NCBI GenBank assembly: GCA_051294375.1
Contig: CM119264.1
Coordinates: 6,698,730 to 6,762,729 of the forward strand
Source of the DNA: Paraspadella gotoi
Taxonomy: Eukaryota; Animalia; Chaetognatha
Direction of reading: 5' to 3'
DNA length: 64,000 nucleotides
The position numbers and the translations under genes were made by a program. Below the pieces are notes generated by a model, which saw only the letters and a program-made list of their open reading frames with translations, was not told the origin of the DNA and did no database searches. Positions within the stretch are counted from its first letter, which is position 1; every line of letters starts with the position of its first letter. This document shows, piece after piece, positions 1 to 9,767 of the stretch.

Positions 1-87
1 TGGAAGACTACGACTGGGCTGGTGTGTTCCTCCTCTGAGCCAATGGATTTGGCTGAAGGATGGTGGACGTGAGGCGGTGTGAATATA

Positions 88-190
88 CCGCCACACTATC
101 TTGTCTGACTTTGGACAGGCTTTGGTTGTTTAAGGCCTCCATCACACTTACAAGATAATAACATAGCAGGTTTCTGCAAGCTTTGTTAGT
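88..190 (+). repeat. Fragment of a dispersed repeat family (related copies near 8910-9000 and 10040-10180)
   Basis: Shared strings ctatcttg..ctgactttggacaggctttg..g.ttaagg (about 96-136 vs 8957-8998) and acaagataata.cat.gcagg (about 150-170 vs 10146-10166). Confidence 0.5.
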
Positions 191-358
191 TTAAAGCTAT
201 GTTAGTTTAAACTCTATCGATCAATACATTCTCGATTAATACCAGAGAGCTAAACCGTCTTGTCTCCACCTTTTCCTCCGTTCCTTTCAATTTATATTTT
301 TAGTTTGTTTGTTTTTGTTTGTTTTTTTCACTTTTCATTCCTCTCTCACGTTTACAAC

Positions 359-556
359 CTGCGTCGGCGAACTGGGCGTCCTTGATGATGAGAGCGTAGG
401 ACCTTCCCTGCTGCTGGAATCCGTACTTGTCGAGGTCGACTTTGACGTCGAAGGGGGCGGCGCCGTGGGAGAGAAACTTGGAGCGGTTGGGGACGTCGCT
501 GTGCTTGACCCAAACCGCGGGAGTGGAGGAAGTACAGTGGAAAGCCACTGTGGCGC
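359..556 (-). CDS. Exon 2 of an Ig-superfamily (V/I-set-like) protein gene; the gene continues off the left edge
   Basis: Phase 1-1 exon (tttcag acceptor, AG at 558-557; GT donor at 358-357) encoding GATVAFHCTSSTPAVWVKH...YALIIKDAQFADAG. It has the B-strand Cys, C-strand Trp, E-strand LxI and the DxG motif that precedes the F-strand YxC of Ig domains. Confidence 0.75.
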
Positions 557-1209
557 CTGAAAGGAGAAGATGGTTAATACAAATAAAGAAGTGATGCTCA
601 GTAATTAAAAATTATATAACATAGTCATGATATTGTGTAAGTCTTAGTTATCGTTCCATCTGTGATCTCTGTCGAGGCCTAAATTCCACGATCGCTACCA
701 AACTTATAAAATTGTATATATATAAATATATATATACTTATACTTATCGTATAAGTATCACAGTTTCTACAGAAGTAGTACTCGTTACAGTGGTCTTACA
801 ACAAGAAATACCACTTAATTTAGCGATAATTATTATTTATTGTTCTTGAGAGCATAGCTACCAATGGTTCCCGATTGCTGTTAAGCTTCAATTTATTGTC
901 ATCAATTCACGAACACAATGCGTCGCAAATTTTTGAGTTGATTTCCCCATCGTCCCTCGATTGGCTGAAATATCTCTGGACGCGACAACGAGGCTCCATA
1001 AAACCATTTCACTTCATCGAGTCAGACTGACTTTCTTTGAATTGTAGCTATTTTTTTGGTTTGCTCATTTTAGAACTTTGAGGTCCGTTTAAAAAATATA
1101 TTGCAAGCTAATGAATTTTAAAACCTCAGCAATTCATCAAATTTTTTTTAGCTAATGCCCAACCGGACACAAGCAATCTTTTCATCCTAACACAAGAGAA
1201 CTAGTCCCT

Positions 1210-1246
1210 TTAGGTTAGGGGTTAGGGGTTAGGGCTTAGGGGTTAG
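1210..1246 (+). repeat. Short telomere-like (TTAGGG/TTAGGGG) tract
   Basis: ttaggttaggggttaggggttagggcttaggggttag, flanked by tagtccc on both sides. Confidence 0.6.
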
Positions 1247-1320
1247 TCCCTGGAAAAATACCAGCCGACTAAAAGATTGGGTCAAGCTTTCGTACGGTTT
1301 TTAGCCACAATAAGAGTTTA

Positions 1321-1332
1321 TAATAATAATAA

Positions 1333-1381
<49 letters not shown>
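1321..1381. repeat. (TAA)n microsatellite
   Basis: Seen directly in the sequence. Confidence 0.95.
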
Positions 1382-1776
1382 GTATTATTCTCGACTAAGG
1401 TTTAGGCCACGAATCCATTCACTTCCTTCTCTCTATTTCCAGAAGACAACACTAACGTCCCCATCCCAAACAGATAAATAATATTATATTTAAATATTTA
1501 ACACAAAAATATTTTAACAAATAAATAAAATCATAAATAATAGTTATTTTAAATATAAAAAATAGAAATTAAAGATAGTGAAACAAGTAATTTTGCAACT
1601 TTCATTTCTACATTTATTCCTTGTTAAAAGCATTCCTAATTTAACTCTTTTTCATACAGAGGTCTTTAAATTTCGGTTCTTCATTACTCCTCTGCCTAAT
1701 TTCACTTACAGACATGCTTCCGAGGAGAGAGAGAGAGAGAATAATTAGTCTAATGGTCGTCGCTAATAATGCAAAT

Positions 1777-1914
<138 letters not shown>

Positions 1915-2073
1915 CAATCTCGCTAAAGGGGAAAAGGAAAGGAAACGAGAAGCCAATCTTCCAGCCTCATTCCCTCTCGGCCACATCGTTTCTCCGGCGA
2001 CCCCATCCGGTAAGCTTAACTATAGAGCCAATCTCACAAACAGCATCCGGTCAACCCAAATCCGGCGACCTAC

Positions 2074-2211
2074 CGATCGGAACTACAGAGTTGACTTGAT
2101 GAAGCGGATCTTCGTCGCGCTTTGTCAAGGGACGTCCACGGGGCGGAGACCCGACGCCGCCGACTCCGCCGAGCGCAACGGACGACGCTAACATCATCGT
2201 CGTCTTCGATT

Positions 2212-2245
<34 letters not shown>

Positions 2246-2347
2246 TGCGCCAATGAAAAAGAATATCGCGATGAGAAACGTCACCGAGAATCCGTTGAAG
2301 AGTAAAGAGGGAAAACGACCAAAAACGAGAGGCGCGTCGAACGCCAT
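2074..2347 (-). CDS. First coding exon of the same Ig-domain gene: hydrophobic signal/anchor, poly-Thr tract and start of the Ig domain
   Basis: ATG at 2347; hydrophobic SVTFLIAIFFFIGA followed by T11. A phase-1 donor G|GTAGGT at 2074/2073 splices in frame to exon 359-556, giving ...QVNSVVPIG-ATVAFHC, a typical Ig A'/B-strand pattern. Confidence 0.6.
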
Positions 2348-3152
2348 CTTTGGGGGAATTTTTTTTCGGTTGTTTTTGTCGTTCTTTTTTTTTTTACTTT
2401 TAATCCGGGCTGAAAGTAAGAGAATATAGCGAGATGGCGGAAAGGAACTTATCGCAAAAATTAGAGAAGTTATATTTCATCGACGAAATTTATCCAAACA
2501 TTTCTGATAACTTTTTTTTTAGCTTTTTCTCGTAAGTTCGAAAATTTTTACTTTTTATGTCTTTTTTGTCGATTATTCGGGAATATGATGCCAACTCAGA
2601 AGAAAGTATTTTAGTTTCCTTCATTCAATTTTTTTTTAACCTAAAAAACTGTCTTTATTAATTAAAATATGGAAAAAATTACGAAAAAGGTACTTACTAA
2701 AAGGATGACCTTTTCAATCGATATTATTTCATCTTCTTTCTTTTCTTATCCACTTCAAACATTCGTATATCTTATACTGTCTTTACCTTAAGTCTCTCTC
2801 TCTCTCTATCCCACTGGCTTGTTTGGTTGGCCCTATAAATCAGGGAAGCAGAGTCGCCTCAAGAGGATCTACGGATTGGCGCTGAGAATTTGAACCCCTT
2901 GAACCGAAACCTGGCTGCGTGCGGAACGAAACAAACAAAACAAAAACAGAAAATAAACGAGGGAATAAAAGGAAACGAGTGAGAGAGAGAGAGAGGTTTT
3001 AAAAAACGGGCGGGTTTGAGGGGGCGGTGAAGGGGATAGCAGATCGTCAATAAAAAAAAAAGGTGCGAAAGATTTTAAGCCATAAAAACGCGTCTGTTGG
3101 CTTTGGCCCAAGACTCGTGTGCAAATTCGATGCTATGCTGGACTATAATCCA

Positions 3153-3265
3153 GCGGCCATTGGTGCAGGGGGCAATTCAATCGCCTACAAACCCAACGGT
3201 GGTCGCCTCGCAGTTAAGAGGGACGGGGCTCTTAACCCGCAACAATTATTACTGTCGCTTCAATG
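3153..3265 (+). mobile_element. Internally deleted copy of the tRNA-derived SINE-like element
   Basis: Aligns to 4575-4777 but lacks the B-box/T-arm segment and everything between cttaacccgc and the aacaat tail. Confidence 0.75.
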
Positions 3266-4223
3266 CGTTTAATTTAAACCTAAGTGAAATCAGTTGCATT
3301 TTATAGGCTTGTATAATATATGTATGTATGACTTGTATGTGTAAAGTTTATTTAGTATAAGGCGTCTTTTCCTTAAAAAAAATAATATAATTTTACGGGA
3401 AAAAAAAGCCTGTTTTTCAACATTTTCATCAAACATCGCTGAAATTAATTCCATTTGATTGAGGTTTAAAGAAGTCGCTCAAAATCCGAAAATTTGTCTA
3501 ACAGGCAACCAAACTAACAATCATATGATAATAATGTTCACATAATTGTCTCAGATTCTTCGACCTCCGATCTCGGAAGCGCCGACGCGACGCGATCCAT
3601 AAGATTTTCTCCAAGTCTAAAAAAAGGAACCACAAACAATTTTTCCTGTTTGTTTGGAACGCTTTACTTCTAAGCCGTTGAACCCCCCGACGAGTGGAAG
3701 GCCACAAAAGCCAAGAAGGAGTTGACGCGAGGCGCCGCCTTCCGCGCCTCATTTCAGACTGAAATATGAGGTTGACGCGACGAACGACGTGAGGCGGCCG
3801 TGGAAGCCGGCCCGCCACCGAGCCCGTCCAGAGACTTCGCGTCATCAATTATGCGTCATCACTTATCCTAATGAACTTCGGCGTTTTTGCGCTTTCGCGC
3901 AACTAAATGCGTTAGCCGTTAAAAAAAAAAGAGAAATCCAAGTTGAGCTTGCTTTAAAACGCGTTAGTTGAGACTCTCAATGAGAGCATTAGGAATTTTT
4001 AAAATGTTCTTGACGGAAGAAAAATAAAAATTAGGTCCAGTAATACCATTAATAACGTCATCAGTAGTCGGGATAGATTCGGGTGTGTAAAAAGCGTTGT
4101 CAAGACCTTTGTGGACAAAAGTTTTGAGTCCAAACAAGCATTTCGAAATTATATAAAAAGATAACAAATAAATAAGGGCACGAAATCAAGAAGCAAAGTA
4201 GAGAAAAACGTGACGAAAGGAGA

Positions 4224-4324
<101 letters not shown>

Positions 4325-4574
4325 ACTCTTTCAAAGAGTGAAAAGCGCGCGGGACGTGAGAGGAAGCGCGTTAGGGCGCGCAGGAACCGGAAACCGCGGC
4401 GTCGCAAAATCGCGCGCTCGCGTCGCGACGCACGAGAATTTCGTCAGAAATTTTTTTTTTTTTTGAGGGGTGTGAAAGGAATGAGCGGAGACGAAATGGA
4501 AAAAAACGGAAATAAATGATAGAGATAAAAATTAAGAATGGTATGGTGGACTAAAATCCACCAACCGTTCATCA

Positions 4575-4777
4575 GCGACCATTGGTGCCGGAGGCAAGTC
4601 ATTCGCCTCCCAACCCAAAGGTCCGGGGTTCTAGACCGGTGGTCGACTGGCAGTTAAAAGGGACGGGGCGCTTAACCCGCCTGTAACATGGTGTTACAGC
4701 CTGATCCGAAGCGCAGGGACTGCTTATATTGAATGGTTCTGTCACTAATACATAACAATAATTACTGTCTCTTCAAT
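4575..4777 (+). mobile_element. tRNA(Gly)-derived SINE-like element, full-length copy 1
   Basis: Head 4575-4646 has an acceptor-like stem GCGACCA/TGGTCG, A-box TGGTGCCGGAGG, TCGCCTCCCA as in tRNA-Gly(CCC) and B-box GGTTCTAGACC. The anticodon stem is broken. A structured body and an A/T-rich tail (taatacataacaataat) follow. Near-identical to 9565-9767. Confidence 0.8.
4650..4723 (+). ncRNA. Twister ribozyme-like motif (type-P5 permutation) inside SINE copy 1
   Basis: P5 GCAGTT/GACTGC; GA-CGGG (T1 partner); U^AA at 4673-4675; CCC-GC; P3 CTGTAACA/TGTTACAG; P4 CCTG/CAGG enclosing A-TCCG-AAGC-G, the twister L4 signature (cf. GUCCCAAGC). P1 is nearly absent and P2 has only 2 clean pairs. Confidence 0.6.
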
Positions 4778-5157
4778 GGGAATAATGAAGATAGTGAAGA
4801 AATAAAAGTATAATGGAGAAAGGAGGAACAAAAAAATTGACAGCAGGGAAAATGAAAATGAAGGAAACTAAGATCCGGTATGAAAAAAAAACCAAATTAT
4901 GTTAAGATAATCTATATGTATATTTATATTGTATTTAGATTTTCTTTTCGTTGCGTAGATGAAGAGAAAACAATTTTTTATTTGTTACAAACAACGATTT
5001 TTTTACAATAAAAACGGACATGTTTCGACTCTGTTTTTCGAGTCTTCATCAGCGCTTTGTTTTCTCTTAATGTTTATTTTCATAATTGAGTAACGAGTGC
5101 AGAAATAAGTAACAAGTTTGAGCGAACAATGTCGGATCTGCCCACGATCATTATCGG

Positions 5158-5368
5158 TAATTAATTAATTAATAATTCAAGTTAATTAATTATTTAATTA
5201 ATTAATAATTTTATTTATTCAAGTTAATTATTTAATTAATTCGGCAATTAATTAATAAATTTGATCCGAAATGTTTGCTTTGATTGATTAATTGACTGAT
5301 TAATTAATTATTGATTAATTAATTGATTAATTGATTAATTAACTGATTAATTATTTGATTAATTAATA
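5158..5368. repeat. (TTAA/ATTAATTG)n AT-rich low-complexity tract
   Basis: Dense imperfect ttaattaa and attgattaatt units. Confidence 0.85.
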
Positions 5369-5416
5369 CATCTTGTATTTGCATTTAAAATAAAAGAAAA
5401 AGAAGCATAATCAATT

Positions 5417-5863
5417 AGTGAAACAGGTTCTTTGTTTTTTACATTTAAACTCATTTCCACTCAAACGATTCCATCGAAACTTGATTTCCATTTTAATCAC
5501 ACATCTTTCTACCCAAATACAAAATTTCAGGTCAATCGCCCTATCCACTCATGAGTAATTAGTGTTCAAATAGTGAAATATAGTTTTTTTGTTTTTTCCA
5601 TTTAAACTGATTTCCACTCGACGAAACTTCATATCAGCTCAATCACAAACTTCCCTACCCAAACACAAAATTTCATTCCAATCCATCCATCCAATCACGA
5701 GTAATTGGTGTTTTTTGCTAAGGTGGGACGGACGGACATTATTTTTTTTTTGCATAATTTATCATAATTCGATGTTCTGACATGATATAAGTGACCGACG
5801 GACCGACAAAGTGAATTATAGACTATAGAGTCGGGATCTGCTGAAAGCAGATCCGACTAAAAA
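5417..5863 (-). mobile_element. DINE-1/HINE-like non-autonomous (Helitron/Helentron-type) element
   Basis: Terminal hairpin AGTCGG(G)ATCTGCT-gaa-AGCAGATCCGACT next to an A/T run (5829-5863); GACG/GACC microsatellite; two ~150-bp imperfect tandem units (5417-5570, 5571-5712). Shares the end structure gaccgac..aaagtga.ttata...agagt.g...actaaaaa with 22588-22699. Confidence 0.55.
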
Positions 5864-6704
5864 TTATTTATAAATTCGATAAAATAGCTATTTTGAGTCC
5901 ACTTTAAACAGAGTATGGTGGGCTGAGGTCTCAATCTCTTTTACCAGATGATGACATATCAAAGAATAATTCAAATTTAAATTCAAATAATACTATCTTA
6001 CTGTGACAGTATATTATAATATAATATTTTTTTATCAATGAATGTTAGAATGTTTTTGAACGGATTCAATAGGATTAGATTGGATGGATTTATATTAATT
6101 TTATATAGTATATACGGAGTCGCCGAGACACAAGAACTTCTGGGTCTTCTGCCTTTTGTTTCCTTATAAATTCACGGAGATTGTTTTTTTCTGCCATCTG
6201 CTGCGTCAAGGTGAAATTACGCATAATTAATGTTGTAAAATTTCAAAAATACATATATACCTGTATATTACTAGTCAATATACAAATAAATATCAGATAC
6301 GTGATATCTAATTAACAAACTTTTAAAAATGTTTGCAGTCTTCCTTGGAATTTACAGGAATTTGATTTGAAACGTCAAGAAACCGACATCAAGCTTCTGA
6401 ACGTTTGTTTTGGTTGGGGTAAGCAAACTTAGCATTATCTTTATTAAGTTTCATAACATATAAGCATTATAAGCAGCAGTTATTTTCATCATTCATTTTT
6501 ACAAACCCAGTCTTAATTTTAAATTTATAATTTTATAGCTAGTTTTCCTAACTTTTTATCAAGACGGTAGTACCGTCGGTACATGGAAATTATGTCCTCT
6601 TTTTCTTTTTCATTTTAGGTTCTCTAAAAATTTTACTCACTCGTATATTGGCACTGACGTAGGTTACTTATCTTTGAAGTACTTTAATTTGATATTGTTT
6701 CATT

Positions 6705-7859
6705 ATGAATAAAAATAAAAAACCAACTAAAAACGAAACCGATGAAAACAACATTATTTATGAACCCGGAGATTTTTTTCAAACATTTTGTTATTTATGG
6801 CTCACAGTAAACATATTTATTATTTTGTGCGCGATGGGTTTTTTAATATTTGGAATCTATTTTTTGGTATATGGATTAAGTTTAGACCAGATCTTTCGCG
6901 AAAAAAGCATTGTGGTTAAGGATTTTGATAATGGCCTTAAGGGTAGCATGAACAAACAAAAAAATGCACTAACCTTGATAATACAAATTCCGTTTTTTAT
7001 TTTAATTGGCTTTTGTGTTATTATTATTGTCAGTAGTATATTTGGTATTGTTGTTTATAAGACATTAAAAAAAAGGCAAAAAAAAGTAATTAATAGTTAC
7101 CTAGCATTTATATTCATTACAATTATACTTCTCATATTCCCTTCTGTAATGCTTTGCTCCCCTGGAATTATTACAAACCTTTTTAAAGATGAAATGTTTC
7201 AAATATTTATTGGTGATAAAGGAAAGCAGTTTAACGCGTTGTCTATGGCGGTTTTACAGAGTAATATGATTTGTTGTGGTGTAAACGGAGCTGAGGATTA
7301 TTTTTGCACTAACATATACGATTATGAATGCAATCGTGGATGTACTCTTCCAGTTAAACAATGGAAAACTATGGCAAAAAAAGTTGAAAAAACCTTGAAT
7401 GTACCTGTATGTCCAAAATCAAATCGAAAACCTATAAATGCTAGCAAAACTGCGATGTGCAGAAAACCTATTTCAGAAGCTGGTGATAAGCGTTATCTTG
7501 TTCTTGATGACAGCAGCCCACAGAAAGCTATAGATTCCATGTTTATTAATCGAGGAGGTTGTGCTACAGTTTTACTGAATAAAGCGTCTTTAACTAATAG
7601 AATGATGAATTTATGTATCGTTTTTATAGTTTTAATTATCGTCCACATCTTTTGTTTTGCTATGGCGGTATGGGCAAAAAGAACTTTTCAGATAGTATTA
7701 CAAACTGATCAAGGTTCTTACATTACAAATCCGTCTTATGGTACTACCGATAAATCCATGTCATCACTATGGAAGGGCCACATTACTGATTCAGATGCCT
7801 ATTATACTGGGGAAATACATGATCTTCCAGATAACTTCTTTGTAGGGGTAAAAAGATAA
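6705..7859 (+). CDS. Divergent tetraspanin-family protein, 384 aa, uninterrupted ORF
   Basis: Four hydrophobic segments. The large loop between TM3 and TM4 has LQSNMICCGVNGAEDY (tetraspanin Q-x4-CCG-xx-G-xx-D[YW] signature) and GC before TM4, with 8 Cys in total. Candidate 5'-UTR introns upstream (GTAAGC at 6419; ttttag at 6618). Confidence 0.85.
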   Translation: MNKNKKPTKNETDENNIIYEPGDFFQTFCYLWLTVNIFIILCAMGFLIFGIYFLVYGLSLDQIFREKSIVVKDFDNGLKGSMNKQKNALTLIIQIPFFILIGFCVIIIVSSIFGIVVYKTLKKRQKKVINSYLAFIFITIILLIFPSVMLCSPGIITNLFKDEMFQIFIGDKGKQFNALSMAVLQSNMICCGVNGAEDYFCTNIYDYECNRGCTLPVKQWKTMAKKVEKTLNVPVCPKSNRKPINASKTAMCRKPISEAGDKRYLVLDDSSPQKAIDSMFINRGGCATVLLNKASLTNRMMNLCIVFIVLIIVHIFCFAMAVWAKRTFQIVLQTDQGSYITNPSYGTTDKSMSSLWKGHITDSDAYYTGEIHDLPDNFFVGVKR

Positions 7860-8097
7860 ATATTAGATATTCGTTGCAACTGCGCATTTCTTATTGAAAA
7901 TTTAAAAATATTATAAATTGAGCAAAGGCTTACATTAAAGCCGAAACATGTCTTTTTTGTATATTTTTTTAAATTTTTTTGTTTGAAAATGTTAATAATT
8001 TTTTTTCTTTAAATAATTTAAATTATCATATACTTAAGCTGAAAATTAATTTTAAACTTAATATATTAAATTTAATTTACCATAATGATAACCTTAA

Positions 8098-8312
8098 CTT
8101 ATTTTTAACTATAATATAATCATTAATTGTAAAGTCCAGACAATCATCTACAATAATACATTTACAATAATAATAATAATAATAATAATAATGAAAATAA
8201 TAACAATAACAAGTATTAAAAAATTATGATATCTGAATTCCTTTAATTTGTTTATTTATTTTTAACTATAATATAATCATTAATTGTAAAGTCCGTACGA
8301 TCATCTACAATA
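8098..8312 (+). repeat. About 55-bp direct repeat flanking a (TAA)n tract
   Basis: ttatttttaactataatataatcattaattgtaaagtcc...atcatctacaataa occurs at about 8099-8155 and 8257-8313. Confidence 0.7.
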
Positions 8313-9564
8313 AATAAATTTATTAAGAAAAACATTGCTCTTCATTTTCCCATTAACCTCTAGAACGTATCAATCTCCAGAATGACAAATTAGCTACTAA
8401 TTTTAATAGGAATCCAGTTTTTTATTCATTCAAAGTACGTTAGAAAAAAGGATCTACAAGCCCTAAATTTGAAGATATTGTCTAATAACTGGCATCCAAA
8501 CCCTCAGTCTTCTGTTTATTTTTTACCATAGTCATAGAGGGAGCTGATGAAGATCAAGCCCAAATATGAGAACCGGAATCCCCAAAGAAGTTTTTTTTTT
8601 GTTTTTGCGCATGCGTATTCATTTTAAGTAGAGAAAAATGTTCTAAATCTGAAAATTATTTGTTGCATTTCCTTTTTTTTCTCGAAATCGAAAAGCTAAG
8701 ACGACAATTTAATATGTTCGTAAAAACGTTCCTTCATCCCATCAGAAAAAATAATCTTAAAATTAAATTTTTAGATGTAAAATCGTTAATACTGAAGACG
8801 TGCATTAGTCCACTGAGCCACTGAGGCGCTGCGATGGAAACAGCTTTAATCTATCTGTGATGATAGGACCACCACCAGAATACTTCCTTTTCATTCTTCC
8901 GGTTTATGAAATTAGTACAACCAATATAAAAATTATCCATTCATTTAATAAATGAGCTATCTTGCTCCTGATTTTGGACAGGCTTTGTTGGTTTAAGGTT
9001 GAAGGTTAATGTTGAGATTTTTTTTCTCCATAGGGCCCAAGCGGTAAAATTTTACTCGATTTTTCATTATAACTTGAAAAATATTTAGTGTTTTTATTTT
9101 TTTTTTTTTATAATAACGATACTTTTAGAGAGAACGTTATGCCAAAAAGTGCCCCTTTAAATGTATAAATTAAAATAAAAAAAAATAAATTAAAAAAAAC
9201 TAGTTTTGAATTGTTTTGGCAACGGCAAAATGATTTTATTTTTACCAAAAAAAAATGCGCTGAACGATAGTCGAAACATGTCCGTGTTTTTATTGTAACA
9301 ATTCATAACTCAAAAAGCATAAATACTAATCATAAATACTCGGTTTTAAAGCGGAATATTTACTGACTATCTCGATCTTTGCCTTTTCTTTCTAGCTAAT
9401 TAATTATTATCTGGTCGCCGTACTAAAGGTGGGGCAACTGGCCCATCCCATTTAACGGTTTGTTGGCTACTTGGCTCAAACCCCAAGCTTTTGGTTTGGA
9501 GATAAATCGCTTGCCCCCGCTTGGAAAATAATTGGTTGTATAGTGGACCACCAACCGTTCATCA

Positions 9565-9767
9565 GCGGCCATTGGTGCCGGAGGCAAGTCATTCGCCTCC
9601 CAACCCAAAGGTCCGGGGTTCTAGCCCGGTGGTCACCTAGCAGTTAAGAGGGATGGGGCGCTTAACCCACCTGTAACACGGTGTTACAGCCTGATCCAAA
9701 GCTCAGGGACTGCTTATATTGAACGGTTCTGTCACTAACACATAACAATAATAACTGTCTCTTCAAT
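9565..9767 (+). mobile_element. tRNA(Gly)-derived SINE-like element, full-length copy 2
   Basis: Colinear with 4575-4777 at an offset of 4990 bp; A and B boxes intact (TGGTGCCGGAGG, GGTTCTAGCCC). Confidence 0.8.
9640..9713 (+). ncRNA. Twister ribozyme-like motif (type P5) inside SINE copy 2
   Basis: Same fold as 4650-4723. T1 is TCCA/TGGG here versus TCCG/CGGG in copy 1, so pairing is retained. The T2 5' G is changed to A (cccAc), so this copy may be inactive. Confidence 0.55.

Noticed and set aside
4575-4646. Functional tRNA-Gly(CCC) gene (also 9565-9636)
   Set aside because: The anticodon stem does not pair (TTCGC vs CCCAA), there is no oligo-T terminator, and the head is fused to a shared body and tail in several copies, so it is a SINE head.
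4700-4735. Hammerhead ribozyme in the SINE (CTGA...GAA)
   Set aside because: It lacks the CUGANGA and GAAA cores in the required helical context; the twister pattern fits much better.
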